Below are positions 1 to 9,105 of a DNA stretch of 64,000 nt, in pieces. The position numbers were made by a program, and so were the translations under genes. The stretch covers positions 320,001 to 384,000 of the forward strand of contig CAVTBV010000013.1 of assembly GCA_963733095.1 (NCBI GenBank), in the 5' to 3' direction. Origin of the DNA: Candidatus Bathyarchaeota archaeon (lineage in GTDB: Archaea; Thermoproteota; Bathyarchaeia; Bathyarchaeales; Bathycorpusculaceae). A model generated the notes under the pieces. It saw only the letters and a program-made list of their open reading frames with translations, was not told where the DNA came from and did no database searches. How positions within the stretch are numbered: position 1 is the first letter of the stretch; the number at the start of each line of letters is the position of its first letter.

Positions 1-1350
1 AAATTCAGCACTGAAAAACTTGATTGCTTGAAATCAAAGTTCGAAGGCAAAACAGTAAAAGAACGCTGGAACTGGATACTTGACAACACTGAATTATACA
101 CTCAAATCATTGGCAGACGCAACATAGCCGCGGAAACATTTCTAATAAGCTTCACTCCAACAACTAACATTGAATTATACGGCAAACTCGGCCATGGCTG
201 GGGATTAGGCGACATAATTGGCGACACAACCACTGGCAAAAGCGAAACAGTAAAAAAAATATTAGCTCTACTTTCTGCAGGCATGTTCATTAGCGCGGAA
301 ACTGCGAGCATAACAGGATTAACTGGCACAGCAACACAAATGGAAAATGGCACTTGGTTCGTTGACTGGGGCTTTTTACCACTCATGGACCGGAAACTTT
401 TAGCGATGGATGGATGCCACAAAATAAGCCCCAGTGATTGGGCGCGTACAGCAGAGGCAGAACGCGAAGGTAAATTAGACATAAACAAAGCTGCAAAAGC
501 CATAGCACCAGCCCGAACCAGACAAATAAAAATTTACAATGCCGTAGACAAAGAAGCATATGGGTTTCCAACCAAACCATTAAGTGAATTCCTTTATCCA
601 GCTCAAGCATTACAAACTGTGGCAGATCAAACAACCATAGCACGTCGAGACATCGCTGTCTTCGTAAACAGTAGAGACGTCACAGCCGAACAAGTCAACC
701 AAAAACCAACAACTCAACCAGAACCAGAACTTACAATATTAAGCGAATGTCTACGATGGGCATGGAGCAACACGGCAAAAATAACATTCACTGACGAAGC
801 CTTAACTCATCTGCTTTCAAAATCTACAGAAATGTACAACACTTTCTATTATGCGCCAATTCCACTCGTTTCAATCGACATGAAATTTAAACTTGCACGA
901 CTTAGCATCTCAGCGGCTTATGCTACATTATCAACCAACGATTACACAGACCTAATAGTGACAAAGGAACACGTTGAATTAGTCAGTGATATTCTCATAG
1001 ATGAGTACAGCAAAGCAGGATTAAACATGTTAGCTCAAACACAGAAATTCAACAAAATAACAGTTGAAGACGTGCAAACACTCATAACAAAAATTGAGAC
1101 AGCTATTCCCAAAGAACCTATAGAACAAACTAAAATCATTGAAATCCTAACCTTCATACTACATGCTGGAAGAGTCACACAGGACCAAATCAAAACCTGT
1201 TTTGAACTAACAGAGAAAAGCCAACTTAGACCGTTAATGGCGACACTGCAAACATTAGACTTAGTTAAAATGAACAGAGGATACTACGCAACCACAAAAC
1301 TCATAGAAGCCTACAAAGCAACAGAGAATTTTGCGTCCTTGCGTTCTTGA
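1..1350 (+). CDS. Divergent MCM-like AAA+ helicase of a mobile element, 5'-truncated by window edge
   Basis: Frame open from base 1; Walker A GDTTTGKSE; ASITGLTGTA..TWFVDWGFLPLMDRKLLAMDG aligns with the MCM SAAGLT..EAGALVLAD..IDE block; IARRDI at the SRFD Arg-finger position; wHTH-like C-terminus. Confidence 0.75.
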   Translation, partial: KFSTEKLDCLKSKFEGKTVKERWNWILDNTELYTQIIGRRNIAAETFLISFTPTTNIELYGKLGHGWGLGDIIGDTTTGKSETVKKILALLSAGMFISAETASITGLTGTATQMENGTWFVDWGFLPLMDRKLLAMDGCHKISPSDWARTAEAEREGKLDINKAAKAIAPARTRQIKIYNAVDKEAYGFPTKPLSEFLYPAQALQTVADQTTIARRDIAVFVNSRDVTAEQVNQKPTTQPEPELTILSECLRWAWSNTAKITFTDEALTHLLSKSTEMYNTFYYAPIPLVSIDMKFKLARLSISAAYATLSTNDYTDLIVTKEHVELVSDILIDEYSKAGLNMLAQTQKFNKITVEDVQTLITKIETAIPKEPIEQTKIIEILTFILHAGRVTQDQIKTCFELTEKSQLRPLMATLQTLDLVKMNRGYYATTKLIEAYKATENFASLRS

Positions 1351-1513
1351 CACGTCAAAAAAGAACCCCTATACAAAAAATCCTAACAGTGACTGAAAAA
1401 CAAGCAATAAAACCTTATTGAAAAAGAAAAAGTTCCAGATATAGTTTCTATTCAGAAAAATAAAGAGGGGGGTTTCAATTCTGAGGCGGGCAAAGACGGC
1501 ACAAACGGCAAAA
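1329..1513. repeat. Imperfect large inverted repeat built of short iteron-like units around an AT-rich core (putative origin)
   Basis: 1329-1370 ttttgcgtccttgcgttcttg..gaacccct resembles the reverse complement of 1466-1513 (ttttgccgtttgtgccgtctttg..gaaacccccct). Confidence 0.5.
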
Positions 1514-1794
1514 ATAAAAAACAAAGATATTGTTCTGAAGAATGTATCAATTTCGATAAGTCTTCTTGTAAGAATAGAAGCGGTCACTGGGGAGACCTAA
1601 ACATGAAATCATTATTACCGTTGAATTGTGTTGGTTTCGAAGCGCTTAATCTAGGCGCCTAACTATTTTTATCTTTTCAATGCCTTGTCTTTTTTAAGGC
1701 TGTAGACGCTAACAAACGTTAAGTTTTCAATAGTTTTCATTTTTTTATGCTACAAATATGGCATTTTTGAAAGTTTATTAAACTTCACTTTTTA

Positions 1795-1820
1795 CCGACA
1801 AAAGCTGACAAAAACTGACA
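1795..1820 (+). repeat. Three 10-bp-spaced direct repeats C(C/T)GACA
   Basis: ccgaca aaag ctgaca aaaa ctgaca. Confidence 0.55.
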
Positions 1821-2029
1821 CCTACAGAAAAAACGCCACATAATGCTACAGTTTTAGGTTTTTGATTGGTTGTTGTTTGCTCTGTTTGTTGCAGAATAAA
1901 ACCAAATTGATTAAGGAAAACTGAAAGAAATTGCAATAATTTGCAACTTTGAGAGGTATAGAAATTGACTGAAGCAAACAAGCCCCGGAAGAAATCTGCA
2001 AGTTTTAAAGTGCAGCGTCACGCCAACGA

Positions 2030-2257
2030 TTGATTGCGCTCTATAATACTGTTAACCGTTTTAGTGTTGGGAAAGCAGCTGAAAGCCTCGGGGTTAGCCG
2101 CTGGTCCGTTGCCCGTGACTTGTCTTTTTTACGCGAGCATTCATTGTTAAGTCCCAAACGGAATCAAACAGTGCCTTACATAGTTGTTGAGTCTGGAGCC
2201 GAGTTTATGCAGCGATTCAACGCAGCACATCAAAGTAACAGTGGAAAGAAAGTTTAG
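2030..2257 (+). CDS. Small helix-turn-helix DNA-binding protein
   Basis: SVGKAAESLGVSRWSVARDLSFL is a typical HTH pattern; start uncertain. Confidence 0.65.
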   Translation: MIALYNTVNRFSVGKAAESLGVSRWSVARDLSFLREHSLLSPKRNQTVPYIVVESGAEFMQRFNAAHQSNSGKKV

Positions 2258-2321
2258 AGGATAAAACAAAAGAAGCGAATGTGGGGAGAGGGAAATATGC
2301 AAAAATTCAAAGTGTTCAACT

Positions 2322-2699
2322 ATGACCACCAAAACACAGCAAAACACAACCAATCAAGGAATCCAAAACCAAAAACCACAATATGTAATCTATACAGGCT
2401 CGCAAGAATTTAACTGTCACTTCCATCTATGTAGACGGCGTGAAATTCCATTTTTAGCCGTAAGCAGAAGGGGCGATATATACAGCGTTGAGTTTGATTT
2501 AATCACGTCTGAATCTCTTTTAAATGCCTTCGGATATGAAGACCTTTTAGCTTTTAGGGATGATTTGTTTGAGCGTAAGCTGTGTAGTGATGCTTTGACG
2601 AGTAGAGGCGTCGGCGTGTTTAAGGTTAAGAGACAATGTGAAGCTGAAGTGATTGAGAGACTTTGGCAAATAATAACATCAAATCTTGGGGTTGCTTAA
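2322..2699 (+). CDS. Hypothetical protein
   Basis: 125-aa ATG ORF, no recognisable motif. Confidence 0.55.
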   Translation: MTTKTQQNTTNQGIQNQKPQYVIYTGSQEFNCHFHLCRRREIPFLAVSRRGDIYSVEFDLITSESLLNAFGYEDLLAFRDDLFERKLCSDALTSRGVGVFKVKRQCEAEVIERLWQIITSNLGVA

Positions 2700-2925
2700 T
2701 TCGTCTCTTAAGGTTACTACATACAACATCCTTCTATCTTTTTGAAACAGTGAAGGCTAAGGCTCGAGATAGAGTTAGTAAATACTTAGCTCAGTTGTCA
2801 GAGTGAGAATAAGAAAATTCAACTCTTTTTTTTACAGTCAATTCAATAAAGCAACAAGTTTTCTCAATTTTAGTTAAAACCGAGAGATAACGAGGGAGCT
2901 GTTTGAGGGATAACAAGTTTGCTGA

Positions 2926-3537
2926 TTGTTGGGGTTGGTTATGTTAACCTATTCACTAGCAGTTTTTATATTGTTACTCATCGCTATTTTGTTACTGAAA
3001 AAGAGAAGAAAAGGGATACCTTTGGAAAGGGAAGATAGGATTTTAACATATGTGGGGTTGATTAGCGCAATAATTCTGGGATTTCTTCAGGCAATCTTTC
3101 AAGTTAATCCATCAATCTTGGGACCATATACGCAAACTTTTTCCTGGATTTTATTCTTATCAATGTTTGTCATCATTGCCGGAATCATCGCGTTATATTT
3201 TAAAAATAAGGGTATTACTGCTAAGGATGTGGAAAAAACAGATTTTTATTCTCCAATACATGCGATGATTGTAAAAGTAAATATAGAAACACCTCGCAAA
3301 CAAGCTCTAGCGTTCAGCGGAATTGGAAAGTGGGTTAACGTGAAACAGTTAAGAATAGACTATCAAAACGTATCTTCAGCCTTTACTCAACACGCAACCA
3401 AGTTTAAAGATGAAGATTTGACAAAGTGGGATGAAATAGAGAAACAAATTAAAGCTTATTCAAACGGCGGCGGTTTCTACATTAACAAAGATGTCCAGAA
3501 ATGGTTTGATGATTTAGAAACCAGATATAATCACTAA
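2926..3537 (+). CDS. Membrane protein (3 N-terminal TM helices plus soluble domain)
   Basis: Three hydrophobic segments then a charged domain; start may be ATG 2941. Confidence 0.65.
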   Translation: MLGLVMLTYSLAVFILLLIAILLLKKRRKGIPLEREDRILTYVGLISAIILGFLQAIFQVNPSILGPYTQTFSWILFLSMFVIIAGIIALYFKNKGITAKDVEKTDFYSPIHAMIVKVNIETPRKQALAFSGIGKWVNVKQLRIDYQNVSSAFTQHATKFKDEDLTKWDEIEKQIKAYSNGGGFYINKDVQKWFDDLETRYNH

Positions 3538-3621
3538 GCCTCGCGTTTGGAGTTACTCAGTTCTGGGATGTCCAAGAGAATAGCCGTTTGAAGAGTTAAG
3601 TTGGTTATATTAAAATAAAAT

Positions 3622-4083
3622 TTAGGGAAGTTGTTTTCCGCAGGAAGAACAAAACTTCACATCTGTATTTGCTAACCCTTTCCCACAGAAAGAGCAATAT
3701 CTCGGCGCATTTGAAAACGCTTGTAATGTACTCCATAACCGCTCCATGGCACTCCAACCTTCACGTCTAGGTATTCCAGCTCCTAGGGAAGTTGGAGAAA
3801 AATCTTGATCCTTCAATCCATATATTGTTATCCAACCTTCAGTTTTAGCCAATATGCCGTCTTCCGACGGTTGAAAAGAGACTTGGAAATATTTTGGCGC
3901 TGTTAGAAAGCCTACTCCCCAACGTCCTTTAATGTGGTTAGGGCTGCTTTCAGTTACGCTTACGCTATTTTTTGCGAACCAGTCTGTTACTGTACTTTTT
4001 ACTTCTTCTTTAGTTCTGCCTAAAATCAAAATATCTTTTCTTGTTCTATCCATCGCGACCCCTAAAAATGATATAGCAATCAA
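3622..4083 (-). CDS. Protein with C-terminal zinc ribbon
   Basis: CSFC..CSSC at C-terminus; likely true start at MDRTRKD. Confidence 0.7.
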   Translation of the reverse strand: MIAISFLGVAMDRTRKDILILGRTKEEVKSTVTDWFAKNSVSVTESSPNHIKGRWGVGFLTAPKYFQVSFQPSEDGILAKTEGWITIYGLKDQDFSPTSLGAGIPRREGWSAMERLWSTLQAFSNAPRYCSFCGKGLANTDVKFCSSCGKQLP

Positions 4084-4113
4084 GCGCTTATAACATTATT
4101 TATCTCTCCATTA

Positions 4114-4275
4114 TTACTGGAGTTTGTCACCGCATAAGGGGCACTCTGAAGGCTCTTTCTTTTGAGTGTTAATTAATTTGTATGAACAGAAATAGCAGAA
4201 GGAAACTTGGCATTTAGGGCAAAAGCAAGAGCCCTCATCAATCATTTTTCCGCAAGTGCTACAAGACTTAATCAA
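4114..4275 (-). CDS. 53-aa Cys-rich RING-like zinc-finger protein (not in ORF track)
   Basis: Manual translation from TTG: MIKSCSTCGKMIDEGSCFCPKCQVSFCYFCSYKLINTQKKEPSECPLCGDKLQ*; 9 Cys, four CxxC pairs. Confidence 0.7.
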   Translation of the reverse strand: MIKSCSTCGKMIDEGSCFCPKCQVSFCYFCSYKLINTQKKEPSECPLCGDKLQ

Positions 4276-4530
4276 ATTGTGATCTATCGTTTTTAGGTTT
4301 GGATTGCTTTATAAAATTATTTATTGAAACTGAAAAATTTGTTACTGTAGAACAGGTTTTTTTATTCCTAGCAACCTTTGCATTATTTTTATTTTTCTTT
4401 TGGGTTATAATTGAAACCCAAAACAAGTTTGACCTTAAAAATCAATGTTTTAGGAGTTAGTGTCGAAATTCGATACAAGAAACGGTAAAGGCATGTCTGT
4501 TAATGACTGCCTCCTCTTTTTTTGTTCAAT

Positions 4531-4569
4531 TATCCACCGGTTGATATTTCAACATAATAACCTGGTTAT
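4531..4569. promoter_or_regulatory. Two adjacent palindromes (putative operators) upstream of ORF 4619
   Basis: tatccaccggttgata (4531-4546, one mismatch) and ataacctggttat (4557-4569) share an ACC-(N)-GGT core. Confidence 0.4.
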
Positions 4570-4618
4570 AACTCAGTGGGCGGTTGTTTTTTTACACCAC
4601 CATAAAACCTAAAGTTTT

Positions 4619-5140
4619 GTGAAACAAGCAGATTTTCGTCAAATCCGCAAACTCAAAAGAAAAGGCACCATAATAAATGGTGTCTCAGTTGACCGCGTAG
4701 AACATAATTTCAACCTTGTACTTTCACACCTAAGACAGGTTGGCACATATGAACGGACCCTCAAAAAACACAATGTTTTAGTTATTTACCAACTCGTGCG
4801 TCGCTGCCTTGAAAACTCAGAATCAGATAAGCTTGATTTAGCCGTTGAATTTGAGCATCTACACGACTTTGACAACACCGACGATTTCATAGATTATTTA
4901 GAGAAACAACATTCTATTTCTAAAACTTACAGAGACGCCGTTCTTAAAGACATGGCTTTAACCGAGCTTGAAGAACATGCAGACATTTTAAATAAAAAAA
5001 TAGTCAACAAACACGCTGTAGTGCTCGGAGAAAACGAGGTAGCTATCCCAGAAATTGACTATTATTATTTTAAGCGTAGAGATGCTCAACTGAAAAAGCT
5101 TGAAGTCGCCGCTTGTGGATGGCCGCTGAGTCTCTGTTAG
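4619..5140 (+). CDS. Hypothetical element protein
   Basis: 173-aa GTG ORF, first of four co-oriented ORFs. Confidence 0.6.
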   Translation: MKQADFRQIRKLKRKGTIINGVSVDRVEHNFNLVLSHLRQVGTYERTLKKHNVLVIYQLVRRCLENSESDKLDLAVEFEHLHDFDNTDDFIDYLEKQHSISKTYRDAVLKDMALTELEEHADILNKKIVNKHAVVLGENEVAIPEIDYYYFKRRDAQLKKLEVAACGWPLSLC

Positions 5141-5165
5141 TATTTTCCAAACCCCTTGAGGACCC

Positions 5166-5594
5166 TTGCAAACATACCAAACCGTCTTAATCAGTTTTCA
5201 AAGCAGCCAAACCGTACCCGCCGGAACCATAAAGAAAAAGCGTAAAGGCCGCCCCTTCGAAATGTTCAGTGAGCAAGAACTAAAAGAAATCTTTGAAGGC
5301 ATATTAAGCGTTAACCAGGAAAAGCGGCGACAAGCCTTCAAGAGTTTTGGAAAAGTCAAAATAAGAAAAGCCATCAACATTTTTAAAACAGACTTTGGGA
5401 AGCAAGGAATTATTTTTAGAAAGGAATGTAGAATCCATAAGAGAGCTAAACTTTTTTACGGTTGGAGCGGCTACTCGGAGGGCGTTCGGGTTAAATGTTT
5501 ATTTGAAGGCTGTACGTCTTTGAATTCTCATTTTGAACCAATGATTTACGGCGCCACTAACGAATTTAATGAAGAGTCAGAGTTTTACGGATAA
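5166..5594 (+). CDS. Hypothetical basic protein, possible Zn site
   Basis: Lys/Arg-rich; CRIH and CLFEGC motifs. Confidence 0.55.
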   Translation: MQTYQTVLISFQSSQTVPAGTIKKKRKGRPFEMFSEQELKEIFEGILSVNQEKRRQAFKSFGKVKIRKAINIFKTDFGKQGIIFRKECRIHKRAKLFYGWSGYSEGVRVKCLFEGCTSLNSHFEPMIYGATNEFNEESEFYG

Positions 5595-5649
5595 TGAATA
5601 ACTCTTTTTTAGACATATTAGCTGTAGCGGATAATCACCAAATTTATTA

Positions 5650-5901
5650 GTGAAACCAATGAGCCAAAATGATGTATATTGCGAATCTCGAAAAACAGCC
5701 CTAATTCAGCAAATCAACAAACTCACGGGAGAAAACGAATCCTACTCAGACTGGACCCTAAGCCAACTTGACGTTTTCCACGATAAACTTGTAACAAGAT
5801 ACCAAACGTTTCAAGAAAAGCATGAAGCTGAACTCAAAGGCGAAAAGTTGACGGTTGGCAACAGTCTCCTAGGCTTAAAAATGCATGAGCTGCCAAAATA
5901 A
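5650..5901 (+). CDS. Hypothetical protein
   Basis: 83-aa helical ORF; stop overlaps next start (TAATG). Confidence 0.6.
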   Translation: MKPMSQNDVYCESRKTALIQQINKLTGENESYSDWTLSQLDVFHDKLVTRYQTFQEKHEAELKGEKLTVGNSLLGLKMHELPK

Positions 5902-6236
5902 TGACTCAAAAAGTAGGTGAAAACAAAACTATGTCACAAACACAAGAAATCGAGCTGCCAACCATACAGACCGGGACAGGATTCAGTTCAGCCCCAGACT
6001 ATACGCTACAATTCAAGAACGCGGAATCTTTAGAGTTATGGGCTAAACAAGTAAAAGCTATTCCTTTTGCTAAAAGCCATTTCTTAGTTGAAGGCCATAT
6101 TTGCCTCTGTCAAATTGAGCAGCCAGAACCGCCAGCAAAAGAAATACAGAAGAAGCCCTCTGTCAGCGCCTCGGTTGGAAAATCTCAATCGTTTTACTAC
6201 GACCCAGCTTCAGGCAGTATGAAGAAGTACTTTTAA
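5901..6236 (+). CDS. Hypothetical protein
   Basis: 111-aa ORF; GGTGA precedes alternative ATG at 5931; T-rich terminator follows. Confidence 0.6.
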   Translation: MTQKVGENKTMSQTQEIELPTIQTGTGFSSAPDYTLQFKNAESLELWAKQVKAIPFAKSHFLVEGHICLCQIEQPEPPAKEIQKKPSVSASVGKSQSFYYDPASGSMKKYF

Positions 6237-6313
6237 ACTTCAAACTTTTTTCTTTTTTTGTTATCCTTTATTTTACAATCAAATGTACTTTTTACATAAC
6301 AATAAATTTTAGT

Positions 6314-6378
6314 GTGGACTCGGCGCCGAAACCAAGAGAGAGGGTGACTTGGGGTAGAAAAAATAAACGCCGAGTCAC
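6314..6378 (+). ncRNA. Intergenic hairpin with purine-rich SD-like loop (candidate sRNA)
   Basis: gactcggcg (6317-6325) pairs with cgccgagtc (6368-6376); loop contains gagagagggtga; strand uncertain. Confidence 0.35.
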
Positions 6379-6559
6379 GCACCAATAAATTCGGAGTTTT
6401 GAAAAAGGATGCCAAACCTCGACAATACCCTAAAAAAGAAAAAGAAAAGTGTTAAACACTTGCTAATTTCTGCAATGCTTCTTCAGCCCATGAAAAAAAC
6501 CAAAAAAAGAAATACGATAAAAATTTAAAATTCAAGTAACCAAGTTTGCTGTTTTTGAA

Positions 6560-6952
6560 TCATTTAGTTATTTCTTTGCTTCTGCTTATAGCCCTAAGGA
6601 TTAATTCATTCTGTCGAATCATTATCTTGTTTTGGTCAATAATTGCTTTCAATCCAGAAGCTAAGATTTGGTCGGTTGAATTTAAAGTCAATATACTTCC
6701 TATATACATCCACTTTGTGCCAGCCTCATGTGATCGAAGATTAGTCATATCCTCAACAATCTTTTTCTTTACTTCTTCATCACTCATTTCGTCCGAAATG
6801 AGGAGTTCTACTACCTTCTTCATTGGTTGTTGTTCTATCGGTGGCTCCTCTTTGATGCCTTTCACGTGTACTTTATCATGATGGTCAAACATTTCATCTT
6901 CAGAACTAAATAGTTTACCACATTCAGGACAATATACCTCTAATTTTCCCAT
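6560..6952 (-). CDS. C2H2 zinc-finger protein
   Basis: YCPECGKLFSSEDEMFDHHDKVH. Confidence 0.8.
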   Translation of the reverse strand: MGKLEVYCPECGKLFSSEDEMFDHHDKVHVKGIKEEPPIEQQPMKKVVELLISDEMSDEEVKKKIVEDMTNLRSHEAGTKWMYIGSILTLNSTDQILASGLKAIIDQNKIMIRQNELILRAISRSKEITK

Positions 6953-7037
6953 GAAGTCCCTCTCACTTTAGATGCAATGGTTCTATTTCTCTTTTTGTGC
7001 TAACTATTGATTAACCTTAAAAGGCAAATCAGCTCTA

Positions 7038-7211
7038 ATGGCAAGCATGCAGGCGAGAGCTAAAAAACGTAAAATCAGCGTAACACTAGACGAAAACTTA
7101 ATCGCGTGGCTAGATCAACAAACAAAAACCTATGTTTTTCACAGTCGTAGCGAAGGAATAGAAAGAAGTGTTTTAGCACTCAAACGAGAAATGGAAAAAG
7201 AGGAAACTTAG
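7038..7211 (+). CDS. Ribbon-helix-helix (CopG-like) regulator, 57 aa (not in ORF track)
   Basis: MASMQARAKKRKISVTLDENLIAWLDQQTKTYVFHSRSEGIERSVLALKREMEKEET*; KISVTLD..L..LD..SRSE.I pattern. Confidence 0.8.
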   Translation: MASMQARAKKRKISVTLDENLIAWLDQQTKTYVFHSRSEGIERSVLALKREMEKEET

Positions 7212-7236
7212 TTGTTTTCCGTTTTGTTTTGGCAGT

Positions 7237-8037
7237 TTAGTATAGTTTGAACCATATTCCGCCTGTGCCATCATAGTTTCTTCCGAACGTCAATAGTGGG
7301 TGGGTGTCAGTAAGAGAAACTTGGTAAGCTTCCCAGCCTTCATGTGATGCACCTGGATATAGCGAAGTTGATAATGCGGGGTCTGGAGGAACAATTGAGT
7401 GATAATCGTATTCTACTCCGTTTTCTGATATGGCATCGAAGTATACTGGAGATACATTGTATACGGTGTCTGCGGTTGGTCCTGTGAGGTATTCAAATTG
7501 TATTTTGACAAGGATGTATTCGTAACCTGAGTTTGGTGCAGAGTTGAACATGTTGGCTGCATGGATGCGGTTCCATGCTTCTGCGCCTCTCACGGTTTCT
7601 AGAAGTGTTATTCTGGCGCTGTATTTTCCGCTTAACCAATCATATTGGATAGTTAAGGGTGTTGCTGCTGGCGCGGGGTTAGATCGTGCATATCCTGTCG
7701 GTATGGAAGTTGAGCTTGGAGTGGGTGACGGTGAAGCTGTAGGTGTTGGAGATGGAGTTGGTGAAGGGGTTGGTGAGGGTGTAGGTGAAGCTGTTGGCAT
7801 TGGAGTAGATGTGGGTTCAACATTATCTGTTGGGTCCGATGTTGGCATAATCTCGGGCTGGATGGACTGGGTAATCGTGGGTGAAACAGTGGGATTAGAT
7901 GTTGGCGTGGGAGTTGGCGTAGGGCTTGACATATAGCTTGAGTCTAATATGTTTGGGAGTAAATATGCTCCAGCTCCTGAGGATATTGCGAGTATGACAA
8001 TTATTACAATTATTGATAGAGTTTTTCGAGTTTTCAT
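7237..8037 (-). CDS. Membrane-anchored surface protein: Pro/Thr/Ser stalk plus Ig-like (DUF4352-like) domain
   Basis: N-terminal TM; (SP/TP)n tract; GYEYILVKIQFEY..LYPGASHEGW. Confidence 0.8.
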   Translation of the reverse strand: MKTRKTLSIIVIIVILAISSGAGAYLLPNILDSSYMSSPTPTPTPTSNPTVSPTITQSIQPEIMPTSDPTDNVEPTSTPMPTASPTPSPTPSPTPSPTPTASPSPTPSSTSIPTGYARSNPAPAATPLTIQYDWLSGKYSARITLLETVRGAEAWNRIHAANMFNSAPNSGYEYILVKIQFEYLTGPTADTVYNVSPVYFDAISENGVEYDYHSIVPPDPALSTSLYPGASHEGWEAYQVSLTDTHPLLTFGRNYDGTGGIWFKLY

Positions 8038-8309
8038 TCACTTTCATCTTATTTTTTTGACTAATGCTCTATTTTTGGTTTATCCTATCGGGTTTATGCT
8101 ATCTTGACGTTTGAATTAATTGCGGATGATAACATTTTATCTGTCAGCATTCGTTAATCGTTTTATTTTTCGCCGTGTGACTTTGCAGATTGCGTCGAAG
8201 GCTGCCAAGACCCTTTGACAGAACGTTTGCTGTGATATTTTGCATCATTATTATTTCATCGAGAGACATCGTTGACGTTTGAAAGAACAAGTTCAATTTG
8301 CTTGCAATA

Positions 8310-8489
8310 CTATTTGGTGCTTGCTTTAGCTATAAATTGTTTAAGAAGCTCTTGGTCGTCTGAGATTTGTTTTGGGTCCTGTTTTCTGGCCCTGCAAAGC
8401 AAAGTGCGGAATCCTTCAAGTTTTCTCCCAGTTTCTAAATAATCTTTTATGATTTGTCGTTCGCTGGGTGTCAAGATATAATCGCGCAT
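8310..8489 (-). CDS. 59-aa hypothetical protein (not in ORF track), candidate small regulator
   Basis: MRDYILTPSERQIIKDYLETGRKLEGFRTLLCRARKQDPKQISDDQELLKQFIAKASTK*; GGAG SD upstream. Confidence 0.65.
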   Translation of the reverse strand: MRDYILTPSERQIIKDYLETGRKLEGFRTLLCRARKQDPKQISDDQELLKQFIAKASTK

Positions 8490-8560
8490 TTTAGTGTCTC
8501 CTTTTGTTACTATGATTGAATCAGTATTTTAAATGTTTTCTTATTTGCTACAGCACAATT

Positions 8561-8613
8561 GCTACAACAATAGTAACGCTTAAATAATTGCTGTGTGTTA
8601 CAGTGATTGTAGC
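8561..8613. promoter_or_regulatory. Divergent promoter region with paired operators G(C/T)TAC-N7-GTA(A/G)C flanking a TATA box
   Basis: gctac-aacaata-gtaac (8561-8577), ttaaataa (8580-8587), gttac-agtgatt-gtagc (8597-8613). Confidence 0.6.
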
Positions 8614-8626
8614 AAGGTGAAATAAG

Positions 8627-8770
8627 GTGGAAGCAACAACTCAAACCAAAAAAATGTTTTATTGCCACACCGCAAAAAAAGAGATCCTCGAAGAATGGTG
8701 CCCACAAGCCTGCTATATCTGCACTCAAGCAAACCGTGAAGGAAACGAAACCTACCATTGGAGCGGCTAA
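8627..8770 (+). CDS. 47-aa Cys-containing small protein
   Basis: GGTGA SD then GTG: MEATTQTKKMFYCHTAKKEILEEWCPQACYICTQANREGNETYHWSG*. Confidence 0.5.
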   Translation: MEATTQTKKMFYCHTAKKEILEEWCPQACYICTQANREGNETYHWSG

Positions 8771-8772
8771 AA

Positions 8773-8907
8773 ATGCCCTCAGTTTTTATTTGTCCAAAAT
8801 GTGGCCGCACAAACAGCTACATCCGCGACAACCGCCGAATTGAACATTGCAGCGAATGCGGCACACCCCAAACATCCAGCCCAATCACCTCAGGAAGGAT
8901 GTTTTGA
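8773..8907 (+). CDS. 44-aa zinc-ribbon protein
   Basis: MPSVFICPKCGRTNSYIRDNRRIEHCSECGTPQTSSPITSGRMF*. Confidence 0.6.
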   Translation: MPSVFICPKCGRTNSYIRDNRRIEHCSECGTPQTSSPITSGRMF

Positions 8908-9105
8908 AATGAAGTGTACGCTTGAATGGTTAACCGGCGAGAAGACCTGGCGAACATCCAAGTGCTAGTTGTGGTCTTTGTGGTTGCAGAGATATATTTC
9001 AAGAGTGAATCATTTTTAAAAATTAGTGTTAAAAAACTTTTTAAGTTATCAAGTAAAACGATGTTATAACGGTGCTATTATGAGCAAACTTTAGGAGGGA
9101 AAACT

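Noticed and set aside
1965-2033. Possible programmed frameshift extending the HTH ORF
   Set aside because: The upstream frame is short, and a -1 slip at ttttaaa lands on a stop codon.
7544-7936. Gly/Val-repeat ORF on + strand
   Set aside because: Antisense shadow of the Pro/Thr stalk in the 7237-8037 gene; the repeats are coding low complexity, not CRISPR.
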